Positions 29,077-38,575 of a DNA stretch of 64,000 nucleotides are shown one piece after another. Within the stretch, counting starts at the first letter, position 1; the number at the start of each line of letters is the position of its first letter. Below the pieces are notes generated by a model that searched no databases, was not told the origin of the DNA, and saw only the letters and a list, made by a program, of their open reading frames with translations. Source of the stretch: an uncultured Gammaproteobacteria bacterium (lineage in GTDB: Bacteria; Patescibacteriota; Microgenomatia; UBA8517); contig CAZYCE010000003.1 of NCBI GenBank assembly GCA_964645605.1, positions 57,135-121,134 on the forward strand. Reading direction: 5' to 3'. The translations under genes and the position numbers were made by a program.

Positions 29077-29826
29077 TCAACTTAGCTTAGAGAGAAAATC
29101 ACGGCAACCATCAAGTAACTGTCGCATTTGGATGTCACTCATCGAAGAGAGTATTTTATATGATCCGTAATAGTTAAGTTTTTTCATTAATTCACGATAC
29201 TTAAGTTCCCTGCCTGGTTCAAATAATTTAGGGTTGTCCTTCTCAAAATCCAAAATTGAGCTAATCATTTTTTTGTTTTTTCCCTGATATCCTGAATAAA
29301 TTGTCCTTGTTTGATCCAAGTCACGAAAGGCTAATCGCGATAATTCATAAGGGTCACGTCTTTTATTGTCAAAGGTTAAATAAATAATCCACCAAAGTTT
29401 TGAGATCTCATTTCTCATCAAGTCGTTTGCAGAACTATTTTCTACAAACCAATGAGTTAAGACGTGGTTAACCAACTGTTCATTAGTTTTGTGGCTCGAA
29501 GGAACAGGGCTTCTTTTTTGCATATAGTTCCAAAATACCGTGTGTGAAAGACATGACCAAATCCTTGGATCTGTTGCATAATCTGGCTTTAATCCGTGAA
29601 TTTTTTCAAAAAGAATTTTGCCGTTCTCAAACTCGAATTGAGTTTTGTCTTTACCCTCTGGCTCAAGGAGTTTGATATCGTCATCAATGGTAACTGTGGG
29701 GTGTTCCCAAACGCATTCCTCTTTTATCGGAAATGAACTAGCCGAATAAAGGGGCAATGATTTGGAATTTTTCACTGCATCTTTGAGCTCCACCAAGTAG
29801 GCGTTTGTAAAAAGTTTAAGTTTCAT
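29077..29826 (-). CDS. DUF6339-like protein
   Basis: ATDPRIWSCLSH...YMQKR and RNEISKLWW motifs recalled from DUF6339. Confidence 0.6.
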   Translation of the reverse strand: MKLKLFTNAYLVELKDAVKNSKSLPLYSASSFPIKEECVWEHPTVTIDDDIKLLEPEGKDKTQFEFENGKILFEKIHGLKPDYATDPRIWSCLSHTVFWNYMQKRSPVPSSHKTNEQLVNHVLTHWFVENSSANDLMRNEISKLWWIIYLTFDNKRRDPYELSRLAFRDLDQTRTIYSGYQGKNKKMISSILDFEKDNPKLFEPGRELKYRELMKKLNYYGSYKILSSMSDIQMRQLLDGCRDFLSKLS

Positions 29827-30739
29827 TATATTGTTCGTTTATGCTTTCCTTAGTTGTGAGGGGAATAAGGCCCTCAATACTTATTAATTGCCTTGAAAAA
29901 GGAAGCCTCATTATTAATTGTGAAATTCTTGGTATATCTACAACTTGAAAATCTAAAGAGTCTGTTTCTTCGTTGTAGTAAATAGATAATTTCTCATCTC
30001 TTTTAATCTTGTGTTTAAGCATTTTATACCACGTATATTTTGGTTGTTCTGAGGATTGGTTTATGTATGCCAATATATAATTCAAAACTGGAAATACTAA
30101 CGAACTATGATAAATTGCCGGAATAAATTGATTTCTTCCAAAATAATCGAATTTTTTATGATCTTCGTGGGTCATATAAATTATTATTTTCTGGTTATCA
30201 AAACCGATTTCGAGTGGTTCCGCCTTTCCACCATTTGGATTGTCTACTACAACAAAAAAATTTTTAACTAATTTTGTTGATTGGAAAATTTTCTCCGCCC
30301 AAAAAATTTTTTCATTTGTAAAAGCTAAAATATCACCCGCATCTAAATCAAAACCGTTATCCAAATACTCATCATTAAAATTAGGGCTTTTATATTGGGC
30401 AATAGATGCTGTCGCTACGATAAAAAACTGAATTGCTACCTCCTCCGAAACATCATCCGCAGAGATCATAATTTCTTGAGTTTCACTCTTACTGTTGTAT
30501 GTGCTTCTGTAAATTGTACTTTCACACTGTATATCGACACAAAAACAAGCCTTATCATCTTGTATTAATTTTTCAATTGTCCTCTCAGCAAGATGGTGTT
30601 TGATCTTAAAATTATAAAAATGACCCCCATCTTTTTCTGTTATACTCGTTGCAACCATCCCAACATCATATTCTCCAGCAATGTCGCCCTCCCTTCCTAA
30701 AACTGGATATGGATATGATTTATTAGTCAATATTTTCAT
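29816..30739 (-). CDS. Hypothetical protein of the defence-like operon
   Basis: Begins SYPYPVLG; beta-rich N-terminus; overlaps both neighbours. Confidence 0.7.
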   Translation of the reverse strand: MKILTNKSYPYPVLGREGDIAGEYDVGMVATSITEKDGGHFYNFKIKHHLAERTIEKLIQDDKACFCVDIQCESTIYRSTYNSKSETQEIMISADDVSEEVAIQFFIVATASIAQYKSPNFNDEYLDNGFDLDAGDILAFTNEKIFWAEKIFQSTKLVKNFFVVVDNPNGGKAEPLEIGFDNQKIIIYMTHEDHKKFDYFGRNQFIPAIYHSSLVFPVLNYILAYINQSSEQPKYTWYKMLKHKIKRDEKLSIYYNEETDSLDFQVVDIPRISQLIMRLPFSRQLISIEGLIPLTTKESINEQYNET

Positions 30740-32624
30740 ATTTTGCCTTTAGTCCTAAAGAGTATTTTTCATTGCTTTCAAAATATACAATCAGTTTAAC
30801 TTTTCCTTCATTGTCCGTAACAATATTATGAATTATATTGCCGTTAGTTATTAATGACTTCCCGGATATTTCTTCTGCGCCTGAAATTATTGGTGAGTTA
30901 TAGTCTATGCCGCTTTCGGTACCCCAGCCCAATATTAAATCCAATTTTTTATATTCCTGAAGGTCTAAGTTAATGTTGTATTTCCATTCACCATTTTTAC
31001 TCTTCGTTGCGAATGATCTAAAATCAGCATTCTTTAAGACAACCTCTTCACCTGAATGATTTTCATTACCCCCGTAGCCGTGACCGTGACCGTGGCCGCC
31101 TTCACGAATTAATACACCATTTTTCCCTTTTACACCCATCGTTGACACTGGAATAGTAACTACTGTTCGCCTTTCGAGCTTTTCAATTTCATGAATGTCG
31201 CCGGTGGCTCTGAGTGCGGTTTCTTCATCTGTTGGTTCACCGAATCCTGAATTCTCCATTGATGTGTCAAAACCTGCAAACTCATCGGGATTTTCTATCC
31301 CCAGCATGTCTTCCATTTCGGGTATTTCGCTTTCTTTAACAGATATAGTTTTACCTATCTCTCCCATAAAATCACTAACAAAGTCACGGAGTTCAACTTC
31401 TGCCGCCTCCGCCATCCGTTTTACCTGATCACTTTCTCCTGGTTTAACATAACTTGCCTTCCATTCATTGTGGGGGGCGTTTTCCATTTTGCGTAAAATT
31501 ATATTTCCCTCTCTACTCTCACATACGAATACAGCTGCAAATTTTTGAGGAAAAGCAAATACTTTATTCATAACCACCATTCCGTTATTCCTAACAAATT
31601 GAATTTTATTCTGGAAATCATTATTAAAGGAATAATACATTTTTAAATCGCCAAGAATTGTTGTCTTTTTCATGTACGGTTTTTCTTTATGTTCTGTATA
31701 TGCCCAGAGGTACGGAAAAGGATTCGGTCTAGTTTTGGTATCTGGTTTGTAAGTATCAAAAATCCCAGTTAAGCTTTTACCTAAATTATCCTTATTAACA
31801 ATAATGTCTTCAATTTGAACTTCCAAAAGTCCATCTTGAATTGCTTTCCAAAAATTGTACAGAATTTTTGTTGTCATCAGTTTTTTCCAGAAACCGCTAT
31901 CATCGAAATCGACAACATAAATATCTGTTCCTTGTTTTTCATCTAACCTCCGGAACATATATGGAATCTGATTCTTGGTACGAACCGGTTCCTGATTTTT
32001 TAAACCAAATGATCCACTACCTTGTTTCTTTTTGTTGTTAAAAATATGTGTATTTAAATCTAATAGGCCCCCAAAAACATATTTGTCTGTGTCAAAAATG
32101 CTGGAGTAAAAAAGAGTTCTAAATCCAGATAAATTATAAAAAGAAGCTTTTCCAAGACCCCACGAGCCACCACTTGTTTCACCTTTATTTGTTGATCCCT
32201 CTGTTTTAGCGAAACAGTAGAAATTGCTCTCGAGATATTTGGGGTCATTGGGGTCGCCACTCAAGCCCTGCGTATTATAATCACTAATTTTCAAAATTTT
32301 AATAAATTCATTTTTGGTAATCTTGTCTATGGCATCACCGTAAAATTTCTTTACATTCGGGTCGCGATAATATTCTTGACAAGCCTGGAATATGGATTTT
32401 AGTTGATCTGGGTTGGGAATTTCTTTCGCTTTTATTTTTAATAACTCGAATTTGGCAATTGCAGGGCCTTCCACGTTTTCGTCTTTAGCATCGAGTATGT
32501 TTTGAATAGCTTCTCTGGCCAAAGATTGTCTGGGGTCTTCTAAGAAATTAGATCCAAGAGGCGCATTAAATCCGTCATCTCTTCCATGTCCCAGATCTTC
32601 GAATTCGTAATTTAAATCAGCCAT
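30723..32624 (-). CDS. GHKL (MORC/Hsp90-like) ATPase domain protein; start reassigned to MADLNY
   Basis: Bergerat-fold motifs REAIQNILDA (N box), ISDYNTQGL (G1) and GGSWGLGK (G2). Confidence 0.75.
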   Translation of the reverse strand: MADLNYEFEDLGHGRDDGFNAPLGSNFLEDPRQSLAREAIQNILDAKDENVEGPAIAKFELLKIKAKEIPNPDQLKSIFQACQEYYRDPNVKKFYGDAIDKITKNEFIKILKISDYNTQGLSGDPNDPKYLESNFYCFAKTEGSTNKGETSGGSWGLGKASFYNLSGFRTLFYSSIFDTDKYVFGGLLDLNTHIFNNKKKQGSGSFGLKNQEPVRTKNQIPYMFRRLDEKQGTDIYVVDFDDSGFWKKLMTTKILYNFWKAIQDGLLEVQIEDIIVNKDNLGKSLTGIFDTYKPDTKTRPNPFPYLWAYTEHKEKPYMKKTTILGDLKMYYSFNNDFQNKIQFVRNNGMVVMNKVFAFPQKFAAVFVCESREGNIILRKMENAPHNEWKASYVKPGESDQVKRMAEAAEVELRDFVSDFMGEIGKTISVKESEIPEMEDMLGIENPDEFAGFDTSMENSGFGEPTDEETALRATGDIHEIEKLERRTVVTIPVSTMGVKGKNGVLIREGGHGHGHGYGGNENHSGEEVVLKNADFRSFATKSKNGEWKYNINLDLQEYKKLDLILGWGTESGIDYNSPIISGAEEISGKSLITNGNIIHNIVTDNEGKVKLIVYFESNEKYSLGLKAKYENID

Positions 32625-32625
32625 T

Positions 32626-32841
32626 TTATAATTGGAATTTAACTTTCTTTGTATAAGTAAATTTGGATTTTGCGTTATTTTTTGCCCCATCGATTGCGGT
32701 AAATATCTTTTGAATTTCGGAATCAGTATAATCATACGAGCTTCTGTTGGATAAATTTCCCAACAACCGCAGGTCGTTTAAAATACGATTTACCCTTCGG
32801 GTTGCCAATCTTTCAAATCTTTGGTGTCTTGTTTCCGACAT
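32626..32841 (-). CDS. Small helical protein heading the operon (possible regulator)
   Basis: RFERLATRRVNRILNDLRLLGNLSNRSSYDY; promoter-like TTGACA and TATAAT boxes upstream. Confidence 0.7.
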   Translation of the reverse strand: MSETRHQRFERLATRRVNRILNDLRLLGNLSNRSSYDYTDSEIQKIFTAIDGAKNNAKSKFTYTKKVKFQL

Positions 32842-32930
32842 GTCTATTATATGGGATACTATCACTAAATATAGTATTTGTCAATAGTTATATACATATT
32901 TAATCTACAGAGTATATTTAACAACTTAAA

Positions 32931-33791
32931 TCAACCTAATCCAAACTTTTCTTTTAATGAAGATTCTTGTATTAAATATTTAAAGAATTCCTCAACTTGT
33001 TCAATTCTTACAATTTTAATGAATGGTCTTAGCTCGTGAAAAGTGCCGGAAAGAAGTTCGCTTACTTTCTCGAAATTGACACTATCTACAACTATGAATG
33101 GCTCACTATTCCATAGATCAAATGCATGTTTTAGTTTTGACAATGCCTGATGTGGACTTCCACCAATCTGAACTTCAAAAACTTTAGTCGGAACCCCTCG
33201 TGGGACTCTACGCCATGCAACATCCAATCTTTCACTATCAATCCCGTATTCTTTTTCACTTATAAAATGTTCCATTTGACCGATTTCCGTAAGTTTGTCC
33301 CTAATTTGATTATGTAAAGAAAGCTCGGGAGTCACCGTTTTTATTGGAATCTCCAGTTTGACGGCGTTGATAGTCAAATTGAGTTTGTCCGAAAGCCTGG
33401 CCATTAACTCTTTAACAACTTCTTCCTTACTAACGGGGTTAACTCCCGCCTGTAGACTTAACGATAAGTCATTTACGGCAACGGCGCTTTCTTGCCATTT
33501 TTCGGGAGAAAGAACACCCAAAATTTGAAAATCAAAACGGTACGGATAAATAACACTCTTCGCTCTAATCTCATCGGGCCAGAGCGGTTTATCTTGCTTA
33601 AACTTAGACTCAAGCTTACCGAGACCAATTAACCCTTTTATTGGAGATTTTGCGTAAAAAAGAAGATAATCACCCCTTTCGAGCTTTTTCCATCTGGAGA
33701 CAAGACCACCTTCCCGAACTCCCCAAATATTGCCGTTATTAAATGCCGTTTCCCAATTTTCTTCGTTGCCAGTCAGTATCCAAACTCTCAT
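32931..33791 (-). CDS. EVE domain + PD-(D/E)XK nuclease fusion (putative modification-dependent, type IV restriction enzyme)
   Basis: EVE-like N-terminus (NWETA..IWGV..LERGDYLLFY..WPDE..YPYR); C-terminal RLDVAW..VFEVQ nuclease motif. Confidence 0.75.
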   Translation of the reverse strand: MRVWILTGNEENWETAFNNGNIWGVREGGLVSRWKKLERGDYLLFYAKSPIKGLIGLGKLESKFKQDKPLWPDEIRAKSVIYPYRFDFQILGVLSPEKWQESAVAVNDLSLSLQAGVNPVSKEEVVKELMARLSDKLNLTINAVKLEIPIKTVTPELSLHNQIRDKLTEIGQMEHFISEKEYGIDSERLDVAWRRVPRGVPTKVFEVQIGGSPHQALSKLKHAFDLWNSEPFIVVDSVNFEKVSELLSGTFHELRPFIKIVRIEQVEEFFKYLIQESSLKEKFGLG

Positions 33792-33866
33792 TCTTGCCTA
33801 TTTTAGCACTATTTTATTTCAAAGGCTTAATATACCTACAACAAGACAATTGGCCAACTCTTATGT

Positions 33867-34289
33867 TTAGTTGGCAGCCCCGCTAGGCTGCAAGCGCACA
33901 AAACCGCATTTTTCCCCGTCGCTCAATCCGACGATGGTCAGGCGGGAAAAAAATTCCTCCCAAGTCTTTCCTACCGTTTTAAGAAGCACAAAGGTTCCGT
34001 TTACAACCTTAAGCCCTTCCCAATGGTCCAGGCATTTAGTTATGACCACAATATTTTCCGGATTATAGATATTCCTGTAAACCATGTTTTTTTCATCAGA
34101 TTTTCCGTTATAAGTATCAAGATCTGGTTCATAAAGCGCCGTAGCGGACATATTGACCCCTTGCTCTCTATAAAAATTAGCAAAAAGTATGTTGAGAGGA
34201 AACTCGGACAGCTCCGGCTTGCCCTCGATCTCAAGTTTTTTTGGGACAAACCCGAATCCCTGCGTTTGGTTATTATTTACTTCCATCAT
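33867..34289 (-). CDS. Hypothetical protein under SAM-I riboswitch control
   Basis: Strong SD GGGAGGTGA; directly downstream of the riboswitch terminator. Confidence 0.75.
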   Translation of the reverse strand: MMEVNNNQTQGFGFVPKKLEIEGKPELSEFPLNILFANFYREQGVNMSATALYEPDLDTYNGKSDEKNMVYRNIYNPENIVVITKCLDHWEGLKVVNGTFVLLKTVGKTWEEFFSRLTIVGLSDGEKCGFVRLQPSGAAN

Positions 34290-34316
34290 TTTTAATCACC
34301 TCCCTTCTTTACCAAC

Positions 34317-34342
34317 AAAAAACCTCTCCGAAAGAGAGGTTT
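34317..34342 (-). terminator. Intrinsic terminator of the riboswitch expression platform
   Basis: Minus strand AAACCTCTC-tttcg-GAGAGGTTT followed by TTT. Confidence 0.85.
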
Positions 34343-34368
34343 GAAAAAAACATTGCCAGTAAAAAATC

Positions 34369-34481
34369 GGCCAAATCTTTCCCTTTCGGGCTGGATTTAG
34401 CACCGTAATAAAAAACTTTTTACCCGGTTGCTGAGTGGATCAACGGGCCAGTGCCCTAACCACTACTCTAGATTTTTTGCC
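34369..34481 (-). ncRNA. SAM-I (S-box) riboswitch
   Basis: Minus strand AAAUCUAGAG..GGUUAGGGCACUGGCCCGUUGAUCC..CAGCAACC..GGUGCUAAAUCCAG-CCCGAAAGGG-AAAGAUUU matches the S-box consensus elements P1-P4; TTGAAG/TATAAT promoter upstream. Confidence 0.9.
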
Positions 34482-34608
34482 TTATGAGGTAATTATAATA
34501 CCAATTCTTCAAATTCTTCAAGGTATTTTTTTACCTTGCGGGGACTATTCTTTCAAGGTACTTTTCTAAAAATTAATTTGAAGGTGGCACCTTGTGAATA
34601 AAAACACG

Positions 34609-34738
34609 GGCTATTTGAGGGATCGGGTCACTAGGGAGGTGCATATGCCGATTCGGTACCTCGGTCCGGACCCATTGTATCATTATAACTCTTGTCCCGC
34701 CCCAAGGCTAAATGAGAAAAATGAGACACCGTAAAGGA
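34609..34738 (+). repeat. Degenerate copy of the dispersed intergenic repeat family
   Basis: gggtcact...ctcggtccggacccatt...ataact...ccaaggctaaatgagaaaaatgagacac. Confidence 0.65.
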
Positions 34739-34780
34739 GTGATTGATTGTATTTTCAAGCTCGGATGGTAAAATTCAAAC

Positions 34781-36049
34781 ATGTCTACATCCGAAGGCAT
34801 TATTGAAAGATCGAGATTTGGGAAAAAGTTTATTAAACCACTTTATGATTCGTACTGTTTTTCAAATATTCCGGCAACCATTCAATCCCTTCTGGGTGTG
34901 ACAGGAAACACGGGGCTTCCCGGGGACGTTTTACCCTCAGGGGAATACAAGGAATACCAAAAAGTTGTTTTTCTCTTCATAGACGCTTTTGGCTGGAAGT
35001 TTTTCGAAAAATATAAAAATAAATATCCGGTTTTGCAAAGATTTGTAGATAAAGGAGTTGTTTCTAAAATTACTGCACAATTTCCGTCAACGACCGCGGC
35101 TGAGGTTACAACAATGAATACCGGATTATCGGTTGGGGAGAGCGGAGTTTATGAATGGTTTTATTATGAACCAAAACTTGATGCCGTTATCGCACCCCTC
35201 CTTTTTTCTTATGCGAAAGATGACGGACGGGGAACGTTGGCACAAACAGGTATTGATCCTGCCAAGCTATATCCAACAGAAACGTTATATGAAAAGCTTA
35301 AAAACCGAGGAGTTAAATCCAATCTTTTTCTCTCTTCCGAATTTGCGAATTCAGAGTACAACTTGGCTGTAGGTAGAGGCGCAAATATATATCCTTTTGG
35401 TTCGGTTGCAGAAGCCCTAACAAATCTTTCCGAAATGCTTGTTAAAGAGTCGGAAAAGTCTTATTTTTATTTCTATTACGGAAAGATTGACACAATGGGC
35501 CATGAATACGGAACAGAATCAAGATATTTTGAATCCGAAGTTGACCTTCTTTTTACCGCTTTGGAGCACATATTTATGAAGTTTGTTGAAGGAAAAGTTA
35601 AAGACACAATAATTCTTCTCAGTGCCGATCACGGCCAAACAAACGTGGACCCCAAAACAACCTTTTATTTAAACAGGGAAATTAAAGATATTTCCAAATA
35701 TCTGAAAACCGCCAAGAATGGCGAGGTGATTGTCCCGGCAGGGTCGTGCAGGGATATGTTTTTACATGTAAGGGAAAATTCTTTGGATGAGCTTTCCGGA
35801 ATACTTAATGAAAAATTGAAAGGGAAGGTTGAAATATATAAAGTCGAAAAACTTATCAAGGACGGATTCTTTGGCAGAAATATATCAAAAGAATTTACCG
35901 AGCGGGTCGGAAATCTTGTAATACTTCCGTATGCAGGAGAATCTGTTTGGTGGTATGAAGAAGGGGTTTTTGAACAAAAACATATAGGACATCACGGTGG
36001 CTTAACTCCGGAAGAAATGGAAATTCCATTTCTGGTTTTACCTATGTAG
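34781..36049 (+). CDS. Alkaline phosphatase superfamily nucleotide pyrophosphatase/phosphodiesterase
   Basis: FIDAFG, FPSTT, DTMGH, SADHG, GHHGG. Confidence 0.9.
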   Translation: MSTSEGIIERSRFGKKFIKPLYDSYCFSNIPATIQSLLGVTGNTGLPGDVLPSGEYKEYQKVVFLFIDAFGWKFFEKYKNKYPVLQRFVDKGVVSKITAQFPSTTAAEVTTMNTGLSVGESGVYEWFYYEPKLDAVIAPLLFSYAKDDGRGTLAQTGIDPAKLYPTETLYEKLKNRGVKSNLFLSSEFANSEYNLAVGRGANIYPFGSVAEALTNLSEMLVKESEKSYFYFYYGKIDTMGHEYGTESRYFESEVDLLFTALEHIFMKFVEGKVKDTIILLSADHGQTNVDPKTTFYLNREIKDISKYLKTAKNGEVIVPAGSCRDMFLHVRENSLDELSGILNEKLKGKVEIYKVEKLIKDGFFGRNISKEFTERVGNLVILPYAGESVWWYEEGVFEQKHIGHHGGLTPEEMEIPFLVLPM

Positions 36050-36235
36050 TTAATTCAACGGGGATTATATTGGATTATAAATCATCTCTTGTGCGATTTT
36101 TCCGAACAATAAACGTACCGTCCGGATGTTGGGAGAAAAAACTGGCGGTTTTGGAGGTATTTTTGGGCTCTTGAGGAATCTTGGTTGTTGGCCGCTGCCG
36201 AACGATTTGCACTGCAGCCTCGGCATCCGGCGATC

Positions 36236-37066
36236 CTAGAGCCTATTTTTTCTTATTAAGTTACCGGTTGAGTCAAGTTCATCCAATCTTAAACGAAAAG
36301 TTTCCGTTGTTCCGTCCGGCATTCTTAAAATATCTTCCGCATTTGCCAAGAAAGACTTTGCCAAATCCGCACGTTCGGAATCCTTGTTTTTTGCGATATT
36401 ATCGGCAGTTCTTATTTCAATTCCCGATTTCCAAACTGCCCATGTATAATAATTATTTTCTTTTAGCCATTTCCCCTCATCTGAATCATCAAAATCTTTC
36501 AGAGTCTGTTGCGCCAAACCCAACCCCTCCTCAGTTTTACCTTGTTTTATTAGTGAGTAGGAAAGAAAACCAAGGAATTCTAATCTGTTAAATCTTTCCT
36601 CGGGTTTAGTTGATTGATCGAAATATTCAAGCCCTTTTCTGTAATGAGCTTCAGATTTTCCAAATTGTCCTTTATAATCCGCATACCTTCCTAAAAATCT
36701 ATACACCCTGGCTTTTATAACTGGGTCTAAATTTTCATCATTTCCTTCGGTATATTTTTCCATAGCTTTTGATGTGGTTTCCATGATAAATATTCCTTTG
36801 GCCGCTCTGAGTGGATTTGCTTTCAGTTTTTTGGCTTTTTCCTCCATAACCATATGTTGTGCGGAAAGGAACTCTTCTTGATAAAGCTGTACAAATGTGG
36901 ATGTTTCGCCCAATTTTTCCGCTTCTTCACGAACCTTGTGGATATAGGGAATCAGCACTTCCGAGGTACCCTTCTTTTCTCTTTCAATTGCAATCTGGGT
37001 TAAAATCGCCGGTAGATTTTCTTTGGTAATTATTTCCTGTTCAACGGAACGATCTTTGTTTTCCAC
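36236..37066 (-). CDS. Hypothetical helical (TPR-like) protein
   Basis: 276-aa alpha-helical ORF with TPR-like repeats; TAAAAT 6 nt upstream of the GTG start. Confidence 0.6.
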   Translation of the reverse strand: MENKDRSVEQEIITKENLPAILTQIAIEREKKGTSEVLIPYIHKVREEAEKLGETSTFVQLYQEEFLSAQHMVMEEKAKKLKANPLRAAKGIFIMETTSKAMEKYTEGNDENLDPVIKARVYRFLGRYADYKGQFGKSEAHYRKGLEYFDQSTKPEERFNRLEFLGFLSYSLIKQGKTEEGLGLAQQTLKDFDDSDEGKWLKENNYYTWAVWKSGIEIRTADNIAKNKDSERADLAKSFLANAEDILRMPDGTTETFRLRLDELDSTGNLIRKNRL

Positions 37067-37516
37067 GCAGAGATTTTATCACTAAGAGACTGGTGATATC
37101 AAGCAATAATAGCCTATAGGCCTACATTGTCCGAATCCTTTTTTGTCATGGATTGTGGAGTCGATTAGTTCGAATCTCACTTACCCTGCCAATCTCTATA
37201 CTTATAACTCAGCCCAAAAATGCTATGAGAAGAGCGAAATATTACTGGTACCAACTGATTGTTTTTAGTATACGAAACAAAGATTCGAACAGAGGCTATT
37301 TGAGGGTAGAAAACCGTTATGACATCTTTGAGATGACATGTCAGCGGTTGCCGCTGTCATAACTCTCACTTTTGAAAATACCTTTGGGCTTTTTGGATCT
37401 TATGATCGCTTAGTGTCCAATCTTGCCGCGGGATAACGATTCTCACTGTAGTCTCAGCATTCAGATGTCGAAACAACCATAAGGTCTTTGGCCGTAAATA
37501 TGTTATAATTCTAAGA

Positions 37517-37582
37517 ATGGAATTCAGATTGAGTATAAATTATTGGTACAGCAGACCTCTCGGGGAGGCCTTGTTGACGTGA
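37517..37582 (+). CDS. Putative attenuator leader peptide MEFRLSINYWYSRPLGEALLT
   Basis: TATAAT just upstream; aromatic cluster Y-W-Y precedes alternative hairpin segments. Confidence 0.6.
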   Translation: MEFRLSINYWYSRPLGEALLT

Positions 37583-37607
37583 GTTAGAAACTCTAGGTGC
37601 AATAAGC

Positions 37608-37632
37608 AAACCTCCCAAACGGGAGGTTTTTT
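37608..37632 (+). terminator. Attenuator terminator upstream of the racemase
   Basis: AAACCTCCC-aaac-GGGAGGTTT followed by TTT, ending about 11 nt before the ATG. Confidence 0.85.
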
Positions 37633-37643
37633 AATGGAAAAAT

Positions 37644-38345
37644 ATGAAAAAGGTAGGAATCATCGGAGGGTTAGGGCCAGAAACTTCAGCAGAGTTTTGT
37701 CTGAATGTGGGTTTTGCGTGTTCAAAAGTAACCGAAGTCAGGCCTAATTTGTTAGTCTCAAATGTCGCGATCCCATTAAGAATTGAAAGTGAAATCATAA
37801 ACGGTGAAAGTAAAGAAAAAGTCTTGCCGCTTTTGATTGACTCCGCAAAACAGTTGGAAAAAGCCGGGGCTGATTTTATAGTGATTCCCTGCAACACGGT
37901 TCATGTTTTTATTGAAAATATAAGAAAATCTGTAAACGTTCCTGTTCTAAGTATTATAGAAGAAGCCGGTGATTTCTTGGCAGTAAAAAATGTAAAAAGA
38001 GTTGGACTTTTAGGAACTCAGACAACGATTAAAGAAAGGTTGTTTGACAAAATTTTGAAGGAAAATAAAGTCAAGGTAGTTACCCCGGAAATGTCGGATC
38101 AATTGGAATTGAGCCGGTTGATAGACCGTTTAGTTAAAAATTCTCACGGTAAAAACGATAAAGACATATTGCTAAAGATAATCGACAATCTAATAAAGAA
38201 GAATGTTGATTGCATCCTTTTGGCATGCACAGATTTACAACTTTTAGTTAAAAGTCATCACAAAATACAGATTTTCGACACACTCGGAATTCTTGAAATA
38301 GCGACAACCAGGGAAATAATCAGCAGGTCTCCGGATCTTTTATAG
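37644..38345 (+). CDS. Aspartate/glutamate-family amino-acid racemase
   Basis: GIIGGLGPE, IPCNT, LACTD. Confidence 0.9.
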   Translation: MKKVGIIGGLGPETSAEFCLNVGFACSKVTEVRPNLLVSNVAIPLRIESEIINGESKEKVLPLLIDSAKQLEKAGADFIVIPCNTVHVFIENIRKSVNVPVLSIIEEAGDFLAVKNVKRVGLLGTQTTIKERLFDKILKENKVKVVTPEMSDQLELSRLIDRLVKNSHGKNDKDILLKIIDNLIKKNVDCILLACTDLQLLVKSHHKIQIFDTLGILEIATTREIISRSPDLL

Positions 38346-38575
38346 GATAATTTGGTTCGAATCCTATGCTAGTCCTATGTTAGGGATAGAAAACGGATTC
38401 TACACTATCCCCAATATCCGGAGAGAGTTTTAAACAATATCTATCTGTATAATTCACTAAAAAACCCACTTTACAGTATTTAGCAAGAAAGATTGAGAAG
38501 TTCGAGAGTACTTGGTTATATAAGTGCCTGTCATGATTGAGCTTCCGAGTCCAGTACCATTTAGGCCCATATGTT

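Noticed and set aside
31076-31100. Short tandem repeat (CCGTGA)n
   Set aside because: It simply encodes the GHGHGHG low-complexity linker in the GHKL protein.
30723-32735. Full-length 670-aa version of the GHKL ORF (and extended starts at 11563, 13444, 18980, 44671)
   Set aside because: The extensions overlap neighbouring genes or promoters; downstream ATGs fit operon coupling or -10 spacing better.
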